Positions 19,102 to 29,913 of a stretch of 64,000 nt of DNA are shown piece after piece. The stretch spans positions 243-64,242 of the forward strand of contig JBJEHI010000024.1 in NCBI GenBank assembly GCA_051875915.1, in the 5' to 3' direction. Both the position numbers and the translations under genes were made by a program. Source of the stretch: Bacteroides sp. GTDB taxonomy: Bacteria; Bacteroidota; Bacteroidia; Bacteroidales; Bacteroidaceae. The notes beneath the pieces were generated by a model. The model saw nothing but the letters and a program-made list of their open reading frames with translations, had not been told where the DNA came from and did no database searches. Each line of letters opens with the position of its first letter. The first letter of the stretch is position 1.

Positions 19102-20412
19102 TCAGAAGAATACAATCTGTATCACCACATAGAGAGGCAGCAATACAATCAGTGAGAACTTGACCATGTAGCCAAAGAAGGAAGGCATCTTGATGCCGCT
19201 CTCCTCAGCGATGGCCTTCACCATAAAGTTGGGACCATTGCCAATGTACGTCATAGCCCCGAAGAATACGGCACTCACAGATATCACCTTCAGGAAGATT
19301 TCCGGCACACCAGCCACCATGGCAACACCTTCGGTAACAGGCAATCCACCTGCTACAGAATGGAAAGCGACAGCCGTAGGTGCATTGTCGAGGAACGAAC
19401 TGAGCACACCTGTACTGTAGAAGAACTGCCAAGGCTGATCCAGCCCCATGGAGGGCGCATGTGCGTTGAGATAAATCAAGGCGGGTGTCATGGTGGCAAA
19501 GATGCCGACGAACAGCACAGCCACCTCTACAATGGGAGCCCATGAGTAGTGGTTGGCCCGACGAATCTCCTTACGGGTAGTCTTCAGCGAAAGGAGGATG
19601 ATAGCCACCAGAACAAATTCACGCAACAGTTTGATATAGAACGGTGCATGCTCCTCACCCATGGCCGGAATGTAGCCCTGGTTGATGAACATCACACTGA
19701 GGATGATGCAGAGCAGCCACAGCAGATTGATGCATCCATCGAACGAAATCGGAGTGACATTGCGATTGTCGTGTTCGATGTTTTCCCTCGGCTCGCGTGC
19801 ATAGTAATAGGTATCAAGCAGGAAATAGACAAGCAACAGCACACCACCAGCCAGCAACCATACGGGGAACAGATGGAAGAACCATCCGAAAGCGGCTCCA
19901 CGCAGGTAAAGCAGGAACAAGGGAGGATCGCCCAGCGGGGTAAGCAGACCACCGCAATTGGCTACCACGGCAATGAAGAAGAGAATGGTGTGCGACGTGT
20001 ACTTACGTTCGGAGTTGGTTGCAATCAGCGGACGTATCAGCAACATGGCGGCACCCGTAGTTCCCATCAACGAGGCCAGCACGAATCCGATACCCAGTAT
20101 CAGGGTATTGACACGCGGAGTGGCGCGGATATCTCCATTTACCTTGATACCTCCCGTCACCACAAAAAGGGATGCCAGCAAGAGGATAAAGGGCACATAG
20201 TCGTATACCATCTGATGCACCAGATGATGCACGAAATGGTTTTCGTCCGTATTGTTCGCTACCATCCATATTGCAACGATGGAGCCGAGGACCATAGAGA
20301 GACAGAATTTGTTAAGGTTCTTTTCCCACTGTTTCTCTATCAGAAGAGGTGCCACCGCTATACAAAGCAGCATGGCGACAAAGGGCATTAATACCCATAC
20401 AGGAATGTCCAT
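19102..20412 (-). CDS. Sodium:proton antiporter (IT superfamily)
   Basis: GTTGAAMLLIRPL, ANCGGLLTPLGDPPL, SSFLDNAPT, TYIGNGPNFMVK. Confidence 0.85.
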   Translation of the reverse strand: MDIPVWVLMPFVAMLLCIAVAPLLIEKQWEKNLNKFCLSMVLGSIVAIWMVANNTDENHFVHHLVHQMVYDYVPFILLLASLFVVTGGIKVNGDIRATPRVNTLILGIGFVLASLMGTTGAAMLLIRPLIATNSERKYTSHTILFFIAVVANCGGLLTPLGDPPLFLLYLRGAAFGWFFHLFPVWLLAGGVLLLVYFLLDTYYYAREPRENIEHDNRNVTPISFDGCINLLWLLCIILSVMFINQGYIPAMGEEHAPFYIKLLREFVLVAIILLSLKTTRKEIRRANHYSWAPIVEVAVLFVGIFATMTPALIYLNAHAPSMGLDQPWQFFYSTGVLSSFLDNAPTAVAFHSVAGGLPVTEGVAMVAGVPEIFLKVISVSAVFFGAMTYIGNGPNFMVKAIAEESGIKMPSFFGYMVKFSLIVLLPLYVVIQIVFF

Positions 20413-20471
20413 TCAGTATAAAATGTAATTAGTTAATATAACTGCCTGCAAAGGCAGAATGTAAGTGAATC

Positions 20472-22253
20472 TTAATCCAGTTTCAATACGGCCAGGAAGG
20501 CTTTCTGCGGCACTTCCACATTGCCAATCTGTTTCATGCGCTTCTTTCCCCGCTTCTGTTTTTCCAGCAGTTTACGCTTACGGCTGACGTCGCCTCCGTA
20601 ACACTTGGCAGTCACATCCTTGCGAACTTGCTTCACCGTTTCGCGAGCAATAATCTTCGCACCGATAGCGGCCTGTATAGCGATGTCAAATTGCTGCCGG
20701 GGTATCAATTCCTTCAACTTCTCGCACATGCGGCGCCCGAAAGCCTCGGCATTGTCAAAATGCGTCAAGGTAGAGAGCGCATCCACCGGTTCACCATTCA
20801 GCAGGATATCCAACTTCACCAGACGCGAGGGACGGAAACCGTTGGGATGGTAATCAAACGAGGCATACCCCTTGGATATACTTTTCAGCTTGTCATAGAA
20901 GTCTATCACAATCTCACCCAACGGCATGTCATAGTAGATTTCCACACGGTTGCCCGAGATATACTCTTGCTTCACCAGCTCACCGCGCTTACCCAGACAA
21001 AGGGTCATGATGGGGCCGATATAGTCGGTCGCCGTGATGACCGAAGCACGAATGTAAGGCTCCTCAATGTGGTCAATCATGGTGACATCGGGCATACTGC
21101 CTGGATTGTGTACCTCCAGCATATTGCCTTGCTTGTCAAAGACATGGTAAGATACGTTGGGGACGGTGGTGATGACATTCATATCGAACTCACGGTCCAG
21201 GCGTTCCTGTACAATCTCCATGTGAAGCAGTCCCAAGAAACCGCAACGGAATCCGAAGCCCAATGCCAGCGACGATTCGGGCTGGAAGGTAAGCGAAGCA
21301 TCGTTCAACTGCAGTTTTTCCAACGAAGAACGCAGGTCTTCAAAGTCTTCGGCCTCAATGGGATATACACCGGCAAACACCATAGGCTTCACTTCTTCGA
21401 AACCGGCAATGGCCTCTGAACAAGGCCGTGCAATATGTGTAATGGTATCGCCAACCTTTACCTCCTTAGAGGTCTTGATGCCGGATATGATGTAGCCCAC
21501 ATCACCGGTACGGAGTTCATTGCGCGGCACCATATCCATCTTGAGTACTCCCACTTCATCGGCTTCGTACTCCTTGCCTGTATTGAAGAACTTCACCTTG
21601 TCGCCCTTACGGATGACACCGTTTTCTATCTTGAAGTAAGCGATAATGCCACGGAAGGAGTTGAATACAGAGTCAAAAATCAGTGCCTGCAACGGTGCCT
21701 CTTCATCGCCTACCGGATGGGGCACCCGCTCGATTACAGCTGCCAGAATCTCCTCTACGCCCATACCCGTCTTGCCGCTGGCACGGATAATCTCTTCGCG
21801 CTTGCATCCCAGCAGCTCCACGATTTCATCCTCCACTTCATCGGGCATGGCACTCTCCATGTCACATTTGTTAATAACAGGGATAATCTCCAAATCGTGC
21901 TCGATGGCCATATATAAATTGGAGATGGTCTGTGCCTGCACGCCTTGCGAAGCATCTACGATGAGCAGTGCCCCTTCGCAAGCGGCAATGGAGCGGGACA
22001 CCTCGTAAGAGAAGTCCACGTGTCCCGGCGTGTCAATCAGATTCAGAATGTACTTTTCACCTTTATACAGATGTTCCATCTGGATGGCGTGGCTCTTGAT
22101 GGTGATACCACGTTCCCTTTCCAGATCCATATCATCAAGCATCTGTCCTTCAGTGACTTGTATAGTATTTGTATACTCTAACAGGCGATCGGCCAGGGTC
22201 GACTTACCATGGTCGATATGGGCGATAATGCAGAAGTTGCGTATATTTTTCAT
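20472..22253 (-). CDS. lepA: Translation elongation factor 4
   Basis: [21 protein letters not shown]-terminal [18 protein letters not shown]. Confidence 0.98.
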   Translation of the reverse strand: MKNIRNFCIIAHIDHGKSTLADRLLEYTNTIQVTEGQMLDDMDLERERGITIKSHAIQMEHLYKGEKYILNLIDTPGHVDFSYEVSRSIAACEGALLIVDASQGVQAQTISNLYMAIEHDLEIIPVINKCDMESAMPDEVEDEIVELLGCKREEIIRASGKTGMGVEEILAAVIERVPHPVGDEEAPLQALIFDSVFNSFRGIIAYFKIENGVIRKGDKVKFFNTGKEYEADEVGVLKMDMVPRNELRTGDVGYIISGIKTSKEVKVGDTITHIARPCSEAIAGFEEVKPMVFAGVYPIEAEDFEDLRSSLEKLQLNDASLTFQPESSLALGFGFRCGFLGLLHMEIVQERLDREFDMNVITTVPNVSYHVFDKQGNMLEVHNPGSMPDVTMIDHIEEPYIRASVITATDYIGPIMTLCLGKRGELVKQEYISGNRVEIYYDMPLGEIVIDFYDKLKSISKGYASFDYHPNGFRPSRLVKLDILLNGEPVDALSTLTHFDNAEAFGRRMCEKLKELIPRQQFDIAIQAAIGAKIIARETVKQVRKDVTAKCYGGDVSRKRKLLEKQKRGKKRMKQIGNVEVPQKAFLAVLKLD

Positions 22254-22304
22254 CGTCAGAATTCTTGCTTTTGGTCGCAAAGATAGAAATATTTTTTGAA
22301 ATAT

Positions 22305-22348
22305 AAAAAAATGCGCAGGCTACAACGAGTGTGCCTACGCATCTTTTT
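22305..22348 (-). terminator. Terminator hairpin after the small wHTH gene
   Basis: AAAAAATGCGCAGGC...GCCTACGCATCTTTT. Confidence 0.6.
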
Positions 22349-22372
22349 ATGACATTCTTATCACCTTTTCTA

Positions 22373-22576
22373 TCAAACCAGCTTCACGAACAGTTCACCT
22401 TCCACTTCCGTTACAGCCACCTTGTCCTCTCTGAGCAACCAGCCAAGACCCAGATAGAGGTCCTTGTCCGTCAGCTTTCCGGCAGCTTTCTTCAGTTGCT
22501 TCGCAGTTAAACCTTCTGTTTCATTCAGTGCATTCCAGATTTTTCCGGCCAAATCACCGGCTTTTTCTTTCAACAT
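22373..22576 (-). CDS. Small winged-helix protein (DUF2582-like)
   Basis: AGKIWNAL...LYLGLGWLLREDK pattern. Confidence 0.8.
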   Translation of the reverse strand: MLKEKAGDLAGKIWNALNETEGLTAKQLKKAAGKLTDKDLYLGLGWLLREDKVAVTEVEGELFVKLV

Positions 22577-22740
22577 TTTCTCTTTGTTTTTAGTTAGACA
22601 TGCTTCCAATCTCTATCATCTTTCAGAGAATCAGAATTTATTTCGGTTGCAAAGATAGTTATTTTTATGTTATATAGCATATTATTTGGGGATAAAATCA
22701 CAAAAATGTACGAAATTACGATTTTCCATAGTCTTTTCCC

Positions 22741-23199
22741 CTACAATTTCCCTTGTTTTTGCAAGTATTCAGCCCAGATGCGTGCTCCCTCTTCTACCAT
22801 CTTGGCACAGGGACGCTTGGCATAATACTGCTCCGTACGAGCCTCAGGTTGAGCCGAACCTTCGGGTTTTTTCAATCCCAGCAGTTCGGCACAAATCAGT
22901 GAGCCGTTCCTGCGCTTGAACTCTTCGGCCAGTTCCTGTACCAGCGCATAATTGGCCGCTTTGCCGTCGCGGTCCTTTGCGTCAGTCGAGCCATTCTCCA
23001 GTCCGGCCAGCAGAAACATGCCACAGGCTGCACCACACGTCTGCCGCATCCGACCGATGCCCCCACCAAACGAGGCCGACATCCGAAGGGCCTGCTCTTC
23101 TGTGAAACCATACATATCGGCAAAGGCTGCCGCCACCGACTGTGCGCAGTTATAGCCGCTTTTGAACAAGGCTACCGCTTTTGCTATCCTTTCTTCCAT
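22741..23199 (-). CDS. C-GCAxxG-C-C family putative redox protein
   Basis: YNCAQSV, FGGG, TCGAACG, ICAELLG, PCAKMV. Confidence 0.88.
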   Translation of the reverse strand: MEERIAKAVALFKSGYNCAQSVAAAFADMYGFTEEQALRMSASFGGGIGRMRQTCGAACGMFLLAGLENGSTDAKDRDGKAANYALVQELAEEFKRRNGSLICAELLGLKKPEGSAQPEARTEQYYAKRPCAKMVEEGARIWAEYLQKQGKL

Positions 23200-23279
23200 A
23201 TTTCTTCTTTTTAGTATTTATTACTTTATTAAACAGCTATTCGACAACGAATTAAAAGATTTAGTCAGACATTTTATTC

Positions 23280-24551
23280 TTATAAATTTCCGGACAGAGT
23301 CTCTATCAGCAACAGCACATTGAGTATGGTCACTACAGCAGCAATTGCATAGAGTACACAACTGCTCCACCGGCTGTTGGCATAGGGACCCATCACTCGT
23401 CTGGACGAAGTCAGCCCCACCTGCAGAAAGACTGTAAAGGGCAGCTGCACACTCAACATCATCTGCGAAATCAGCAGTCCCTTGAAGGGATCGCCGATAA
23501 AGAAGATAAGCAGCAAGGCTACTCCCAACGAGAGTACGACACCCACCTGCGAGTGGCTGTCCTTGATGTGATATGACTCGCCGAAAATACCGGCAAAGAT
23601 AGAACCTGCCGCCATACCACTGGTGATGGTTGATGAAATGCCCGCCATAAGCAAAGCCAGTGCAAATACGATGGAGGCACCGTTGCCTAACAAAGGTTGC
23701 AGCAACGAGTTGGCTTGCTGAAGTTCCTCCACATGGACACCCCCTTTGAAAAAGGTTGCGGCTGCCAGCAAAATCATGGCACTGTTGATGGCCCATCCCA
23801 CCAACATGGAGAAGAGCGTATCAAACAATTCATATTTCAGTACCCGTCGAATGGAGGCATCGTCCTGCTTGTTGTACTCGTGACTTTGTATCACCTCCGA
23901 GTGCAGGAACAGGTTGTGTGGCATCACCACAGCACCCAATACACTCATGACAATCAACATACTACCCTGAGGCAAAGAGGGAACCACCCACCCTTGCAAC
24001 GCCTGCGACCACTCTATCTCCACCAAAAAGAGCTCGTAGATAAAGGAGAGACCTATAACGGATACAAAGGCGATGATGGCTCTCTCTATCCGTTTATAGG
24101 AATTGGTGAAGAGCATTATCAGGACAAAAAGCGTAGTCAGCACCGCCCCCCACAGCATAGGTACATCCAGCAACATCTGCAAGGCAATGGCACCACCCAA
24201 AATCTCTGCCAACGAGGTGGAGATAGAGGCCAGAACCGCCGTAGCCAGCACAGGACGAGACACCCACTTGGGCGTGTAGCGGGTGGCGGCCTCAGAAAGA
24301 CAGAGACCGGTCACGATGCCCAGATGCGCCACGTTGTGCTGCAACACAATCAGCATGACGGTAGAGAGCGTCACCACCCACAACAGGGTGTATCCATACT
24401 CCGATCCGGCAGCAAAGTTAGATGCCCAGTTGCCGGGGTCAATAAAACCCACAGTCACCAGCAGTCCAGGCCCGATGTATCGGAAAAAGTCCAATCCGCC
24501 CAGATATCGCTTGTGGTCGTGCCGCTTCAGGTCTTTCAATATATTCTTCAT
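23280..24551 (-). CDS. mntH: Nramp family divalent metal transporter
   Basis: GFIDPGN and AVVMPHNLFLHS motifs. Confidence 0.9.
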   Translation of the reverse strand: MKNILKDLKRHDHKRYLGGLDFFRYIGPGLLVTVGFIDPGNWASNFAAGSEYGYTLLWVVTLSTVMLIVLQHNVAHLGIVTGLCLSEAATRYTPKWVSRPVLATAVLASISTSLAEILGGAIALQMLLDVPMLWGAVLTTLFVLIMLFTNSYKRIERAIIAFVSVIGLSFIYELFLVEIEWSQALQGWVVPSLPQGSMLIVMSVLGAVVMPHNLFLHSEVIQSHEYNKQDDASIRRVLKYELFDTLFSMLVGWAINSAMILLAAATFFKGGVHVEELQQANSLLQPLLGNGASIVFALALLMAGISSTITSGMAAGSIFAGIFGESYHIKDSHSQVGVVLSLGVALLLIFFIGDPFKGLLISQMMLSVQLPFTVFLQVGLTSSRRVMGPYANSRWSSCVLYAIAAVVTILNVLLLIETLSGNL

Positions 24552-24829
24552 AGCTGCTCTTCTACCTTGACCGCCCCTTTTTCATGAGCTTCGATGGCCC
24601 GTAATGCCTGACAGAGCTGGTCGGGGCACGATGTAGGGCGTGCTCCACAGCGGATGCCTTCCAGCCGATTCAACACTTCACTCACCTGCATTCCCTGCAC
24701 CAGTCGGGATATACCTTGCAGGTTTCCGTTACATCCGCCCCAAAAGCGGACTTCCCTCAATACACCACCGTCTATTTCCAGTTCGATGTTGGTGCTGCAT
24801 GTTCCTTCTGTCTTATAGAAATATTTCAT
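24548..24829 (-). CDS. TIGR03905 family TSCPD-domain protein
   Basis: GTCS...GGCNGNL...GIRCG...TSCPDQL. Confidence 0.88.
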   Translation of the reverse strand: MKYFYKTEGTCSTNIELEIDGGVLREVRFWGGCNGNLQGISRLVQGMQVSEVLNRLEGIRCGARPTSCPDQLCQALRAIEAHEKGAVKVEEQL

Positions 24830-25046
24830 ATCTGTTTTGAATAAGTTGCATGCAAATGTATGTACAATATCTGATAAAACCACCTTTTTCATCGCATGAA
24901 CCGACCTTTTTCCATGAAAAAATGAGGAAAAAGAAAAAAGAACGTGTGACAAATGCGAAAAACAGGCGACAGATGTAGCAAATATCAACCTAATTATTTA
25001 TCTTTGTTAGCGCAAAAAGTTAGCAATACAAAAAAATGAAGTAACA

Positions 25047-26825
25047 ATGAAAGATTTCTTCAAATTCATGTTCGCCACGGTTGCGGGCATTGTTGTATCG
25101 TGCGTGCTGTTCTTCTTTATCGGCATCCTGTGGCTGTTCAGCATGCTTTCGTCCTCTGAATCGGAGACACATCTGCAGGACAATTCTGTCATGATGCTTG
25201 ATTTGCGAGGTGATTTGGCCGAACGCAGTCTGGACTCATCCTTGGAATTCCTGATGGGAGACACCTATACCGTCTACGGACTGGATGACATCCTCTCTTC
25301 CATCCAGAAGGCGAAAGAGAGCGACCAAATCAAGGGCATCTACCTGCAGGCCGACCTGCTGACGGCCGGCTTCGCCTCACTGAAGGAAATAAGGGATGCA
25401 CTGCTCGACTTCAAGGAGAGCGGTAAGTTTGTGGTGGCATACGCCGATACCTATACACAAGGACTTTATTACCTGGCCAGTGCAGCAGATAAGATACTGC
25501 TCAACCCTCACGGTATGCTGGAGTGGCGCGGTCTGGCTTCTGCCCCCATCTTCTTCAAAGAGATGCTGGACAAGATTGGCGTAGAGATGCAGGTGTTCAA
25601 GGTGGGCACCTACAAGTCGGCTGTCGAGCCTTACATTGCCACAGAGATGAGCGATGCCAACCGCGAACAGGTCAATGCCTTCCTGACATCCATCTGGGGA
25701 GAGATGACCCAGGATGTAGCAGCGGCACGCAATCTGACGACAGAAGCACTGAATGCGGCAGCTGACCAGATGATGCTGTTCCGTCCGGCAGAAGAGAGTG
25801 TACAATGCGGACTGGTAGACACGTTGATGTATAAGAACGATGTCCGCAACTATCTGAAAGGCCTTGCCGGTATCGATGAAGACGACGACCTGCCCGTAGT
25901 AGGACTGAAGGAGATGATCAACGTGAAGAAAAACCGTCCCAAAGACAAGAGCGGTAATATCATTGCCGTCTACTATGCCGAAGGAGAGATTGTGAACGAT
26001 GCAATCGCCTCTCCGCTGTCCGGAACCGAATCAGTTATCGACGGCACAAAGGTCATCAAAGACTTGCGCGACTTGAAGGAGGATGAAGACGTGAAGGCGG
26101 TAGTACTGCGTGTGAACTCACCGGGAGGCAGTGCTTATGCATCCGAACAGATCTGGTATGCCATCAGCGAACTGAAAAAGGAGAAACCGGTCATCGTCTC
26201 GATGGGTGACTATGCAGCATCGGGCGGATACTACATCTCTTGCAATGCCGATACCATTGTAGCCGAACCGACTACCTTGACCGGTTCTATCGGCATCTTT
26301 GGCCTCGTGCCCAACGTAAAAGGGCTGACAGATAAGCTGGGACTGGATTTTGATGTCGTGAAGACCAATGAATATGCTGACTTCGGCATGGTGGGACGAC
26401 CCATGAACGCCGGCGAAAAGGCCATGATGCAGATGAACGTCAATCAGGGATATGACCTTTTCTTGACCCGTTGTGCAGAAGGAAGAGGGATAGAGAAAGA
26501 GGAGCTTGACCAAATTGCCCAGGGACGTGTATGGACCGGCAGCAAGGCAAAGGAACTGGGATTGGTAGACGAACTGGGCGGCATAGACCGTGCGTTGGAG
26601 ATAGCCATCGCCAAAGCCGGTATTGATGCCTATACCGTCATGAGCTATCCCGAAAAGCCAGGCTTGTTTGATAGCTTCACCTATTTCCGTCCGGACAATT
26701 ACATCCGCTCATTGCTGATAAAGAGTTGCATCGGAGAGTGGTACAAGCCTATCAGTAACCTGAAAGAACTGAATCAGTGCAGCCGCATACAGGCCCGGCT
26801 GCCGTTTGAACTGAACATTGAATAA
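25047..26825 (+). CDS. sppA: Signal peptide peptidase SppA (67K type)
   Basis: GTYKSAVEP, LRVNSPGGS, AASGGYY, TGSIG, QGRVWTG. Confidence 0.95.
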   Translation: MKDFFKFMFATVAGIVVSCVLFFFIGILWLFSMLSSSESETHLQDNSVMMLDLRGDLAERSLDSSLEFLMGDTYTVYGLDDILSSIQKAKESDQIKGIYLQADLLTAGFASLKEIRDALLDFKESGKFVVAYADTYTQGLYYLASAADKILLNPHGMLEWRGLASAPIFFKEMLDKIGVEMQVFKVGTYKSAVEPYIATEMSDANREQVNAFLTSIWGEMTQDVAAARNLTTEALNAAADQMMLFRPAEESVQCGLVDTLMYKNDVRNYLKGLAGIDEDDDLPVVGLKEMINVKKNRPKDKSGNIIAVYYAEGEIVNDAIASPLSGTESVIDGTKVIKDLRDLKEDEDVKAVVLRVNSPGGSAYASEQIWYAISELKKEKPVIVSMGDYAASGGYYISCNADTIVAEPTTLTGSIGIFGLVPNVKGLTDKLGLDFDVVKTNEYADFGMVGRPMNAGEKAMMQMNVNQGYDLFLTRCAEGRGIEKEELDQIAQGRVWTGSKAKELGLVDELGGIDRALEIAIAKAGIDAYTVMSYPEKPGLFDSFTYFRPDNYIRSLLIKSCIGEWYKPISNLKELNQCSRIQARLPFELNIE

Positions 26826-26856
26826 ACGAACATCTGCGGAAAAGGCCAGAAAAGGA

Positions 26857-27996
26857 ATGACCGAAAGCAAAAACCATATATATAAATGGTTGCTTCCCCT
26901 CGCTTTCATCTATGGATGGGGAGTCAGACTACGCAACAAACTCTTTGACTGGGGATGGCTCCGGTCAAAGAGTTTTGGCATTCCTGTACTCTGCATCGGA
27001 AATCTGGCAGTAGGCGGTACGGGCAAGACACCACATACCGAATACCTGATCAGACTGCTGCATGACAACGGACTGAACGTGGCCACGTTAAGCCGAGGAT
27101 ATAAGCGGAAGAGCAAGGGCTATCGACTGGCTGATACCCATAGTACAGCCGCAGATATTGGCGACGAACCACACCAAATCAAGACCAAGTATCCATTCGC
27201 AAGAGTGGCGGTCGATGAAGACCGTTGTCACGGCATCGAGCAGCTGTTAGCACTGGATTCTCCTGCCGTCGATGTCATCTTGCTGGACGATGCTTTCCAG
27301 CACCGTTACGTCAAGGCAGGGCTTCAGATTCTGCTGACCGATTACCACCGTTTGCTATGCGATGATGCCTTGTTGCCGGCCGGCCGTCTACGCGAACCCG
27401 TCAGCGGAAAGAACCGGGCACATATAGTCATCGTGACCAAGTGTCCCGATGACTTAAAACCCATTGAATATAACATCATCAGCAAGAAGCTACACCTTTA
27501 TCCTTATCAACGCCTCTTTTTCTCGCACTTCCGTTATGGGGAACTGCGGCAGCTCTTCCCTGCAGCATCCGAAGCAAAAAGTGAAGACCTCCTACCACTG
27601 ACCAAGGAGCATCACGTGCTGCTCCTCACCGGCATAGCCTCGCCCGACGAACTGATTCATCGGGTAACCGACTGTGTAGGAGCAGACCGAATAAAGGTAC
27701 TCTCCTTCGGAGACCATCACTCCTTTACAGCGCAGGATACACGGCAGATAGAGCAACAGTTCTTCACATTGCCAGACAAGAAACGCCTGCTGATTACAAC
27801 GGAAAAAGATGCCGCCCGCCTGAAGGAATGCCCAGAGTTGAACAACCAGCTGAAACCGTTCATCTACGTATGGCCCATTGAAGTGGAATTCCTTCAGAAC
27901 CAACAAAAATTGTTCAATCAAAATATCATTGACTATGTTAGAACGAATCCAAGAAACAGCCACCTTTCTGAAAGGAAAGATGCACACCCATCCTGA
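26857..27996 (+). CDS. lpxK: Tetraacyldisaccharide 4'-kinase
   Basis: IGNLAVGGTGKTP, LSRGY, GDEP, LDDAFQH, LLPAGRLREP, TTEKD. Confidence 0.95.
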   Translation: MTESKNHIYKWLLPLAFIYGWGVRLRNKLFDWGWLRSKSFGIPVLCIGNLAVGGTGKTPHTEYLIRLLHDNGLNVATLSRGYKRKSKGYRLADTHSTAADIGDEPHQIKTKYPFARVAVDEDRCHGIEQLLALDSPAVDVILLDDAFQHRYVKAGLQILLTDYHRLLCDDALLPAGRLREPVSGKNRAHIVIVTKCPDDLKPIEYNIISKKLHLYPYQRLFFSHFRYGELRQLFPAASEAKSEDLLPLTKEHHVLLLTGIASPDELIHRVTDCVGADRIKVLSFGDHHSFTAQDTRQIEQQFFTLPDKKRLLITTEKDAARLKECPELNNQLKPFIYVWPIEVEFLQNQQKLFNQNIIDYVRTNPRNSHLSERKDAHPS

Positions 27997-28744
27997 AACA
28001 GCCATTATCCTCGGTACGGGGTTAGGCAAACTGGCAGATGAAATCACCGACAAGCAAGAGATAATGTATGCTGATATACCCAATTTCCCCGTCTCTACCG
28101 TCGAGGGGCACAGCGGAAAACTGATATTCGGCAAGTTAGGCAACAAGGACATTATGGCCATGCAGGGACGGTTCCACTATTATGAAGGATACTCCATGAA
28201 AGAGGTTACCTTCCCCGTCCGCGTCATGCGTGAACTGGGCATCAAGACTCTCTTTGTCTCCAATGCCAGCGGAGGTACCAATCCCGATTTTGAGATTGGC
28301 GATCTGATGATCATCACCGACCACATCAACTACTTCCCCGAACATCCGTTGCGAGGAAAGAACATTCCTTATGGTCCCCGCTTTCCGGACATGAGTGAAG
28401 CCTATGACAAGGAGCTGATACGCAAGGCCGATGCCATTGCTGCCGAAAAAGGCATCAAAGTACAACATGGCGTCTATGTGGGCACACAAGGCCCCACGTT
28501 TGAGACACCTGCCGAATACAAGCTGTTCCGCATCTTCGGAGCCGATGCAGTGGGCATGTCTACCGTACCCGAAGTGATTGTGGCCAACCATTGTGGCATC
28601 AAGGTATTTGGCATCTCTGTGGTGACCGATCTGGGCGTAGAGGGCAAGATTGTAGAGGTGACACACGAAGAGGTACAGAAAGCTGCTGACGAGGCACAAC
28701 CCAAGATGACTGAAATCATGCGGGAACTGATAAACAGAGCGTAA
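27935..28744 (+). CDS. Purine-nucleoside phosphorylase
   Basis: ILGTGLG, QGRFHYYEG, GPTFETPAE, VGMSTVPE. Confidence 0.95.
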   Translation: MLERIQETATFLKGKMHTHPETAIILGTGLGKLADEITDKQEIMYADIPNFPVSTVEGHSGKLIFGKLGNKDIMAMQGRFHYYEGYSMKEVTFPVRVMRELGIKTLFVSNASGGTNPDFEIGDLMIITDHINYFPEHPLRGKNIPYGPRFPDMSEAYDKELIRKADAIAAEKGIKVQHGVYVGTQGPTFETPAEYKLFRIFGADAVGMSTVPEVIVANHCGIKVFGISVVTDLGVEGKIVEVTHEEVQKAADEAQPKMTEIMRELINRA

Positions 28745-28776
28745 GCAAGAAAGATAGAATAGAAATAGTACTGAAC

Positions 28777-29814
28777 ATGAGAACAGAAATAGCCACCCTC
28801 GGCGAATTCGGCTTGATACGCCACCTCACCGAAGGCATTGAACTGCAAAACCGATCTACCAAATATGGGATAGGCGACGATGCCGCTGTCCTCTCCTACC
28901 CGGCCGACCGTGAAGTATTGGTCACTACCGACCTGCTGCTGGAAGGGGTACACTTTGACCTGACATACGTACCTCTGAAGCACTTAGGCTACAAATCGGC
29001 AGTTGTCAACTTCTCCGACATCTATGCCATGAACGGTACTCCTCGTCAGATAACGGTGTCATTGGGGCTGTCCAAACGCTTCAGTGTGGAGGATATGGAG
29101 CAGCTCTACGCAGGCATCCGTCTGGCATGTGAAGAGTATGGTGTGGATATTATAGGAGGTGACACCACTGCCTCAATGACAGGACTGACTATCAGCATCA
29201 CCTGCATCGGCGATGCAGCACGCGGCGAGGCTGTCTACCGCAACGGTGCCAAGGAGACCGACCTTATCTGTGTAAGCGGTGACCTGGGAGCTGCCTATAT
29301 GGGCCTGCAGCTGTTGGAACGGGAGAAAAGTGTATTGCGTGGTAGCGACAAGGATGTCCAGCCCGACTTTGCCGGCAAGGAGTACCTGCTGGAACGACAA
29401 CTCAAGCCGGAAGCCCGCCGCGACATCATCGAGCGGCTGGCACAAGCCGGCGTACGCCCCACAGCCATGATGGACATTTCAGACGGACTCTCTTCCGAAC
29501 TGCTGCACATCTGCACACAGAGCAAGGTGGGATGCCGCGTCTACGAAGAGCACATTCCTATCGACTACCAGACAGCCGTCATGGCCGAGGAGTTCAACAT
29601 GAACCTGACTACCTGCGCCATGAATGGAGGTGAAGATTACGAGCTGCTCTTTACCGTCCCCATTGCCGACCATGAGAAGATGGAAGAGATGGAGGGAGTA
29701 CGCCTTATCGGGCACATTACAAAAGCCGAACTGGGATGTGCGCTCATCACACGCGACGGTCAGGAGTTCGAACTGAAGGCACAGGGATGGAATCCGCTGA
29801 AGGGGGAAGAATAA
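28777..29814 (+). CDS. thiL: Thiamine-phosphate kinase
   Basis: GEFGLI, GIGDDAA, NFSDIYAM, GGDT, DISDGL, GGEDYEL. Confidence 0.95.
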   Translation: MRTEIATLGEFGLIRHLTEGIELQNRSTKYGIGDDAAVLSYPADREVLVTTDLLLEGVHFDLTYVPLKHLGYKSAVVNFSDIYAMNGTPRQITVSLGLSKRFSVEDMEQLYAGIRLACEEYGVDIIGGDTTASMTGLTISITCIGDAARGEAVYRNGAKETDLICVSGDLGAAYMGLQLLEREKSVLRGSDKDVQPDFAGKEYLLERQLKPEARRDIIERLAQAGVRPTAMMDISDGLSSELLHICTQSKVGCRVYEEHIPIDYQTAVMAEEFNMNLTTCAMNGGEDYELLFTVPIADHEKMEEMEGVRLIGHITKAELGCALITRDGQEFELKAQGWNPLKGEE

Positions 29815-29913
29815 ATTTTGCATAAATATGCTCTTAAACATGAAGAATGGGAGAACAACAATTCTCCCATTTTTCGTATCTTGCGGCATGTTAAACCACA
29901 AAAATCTAAGGTC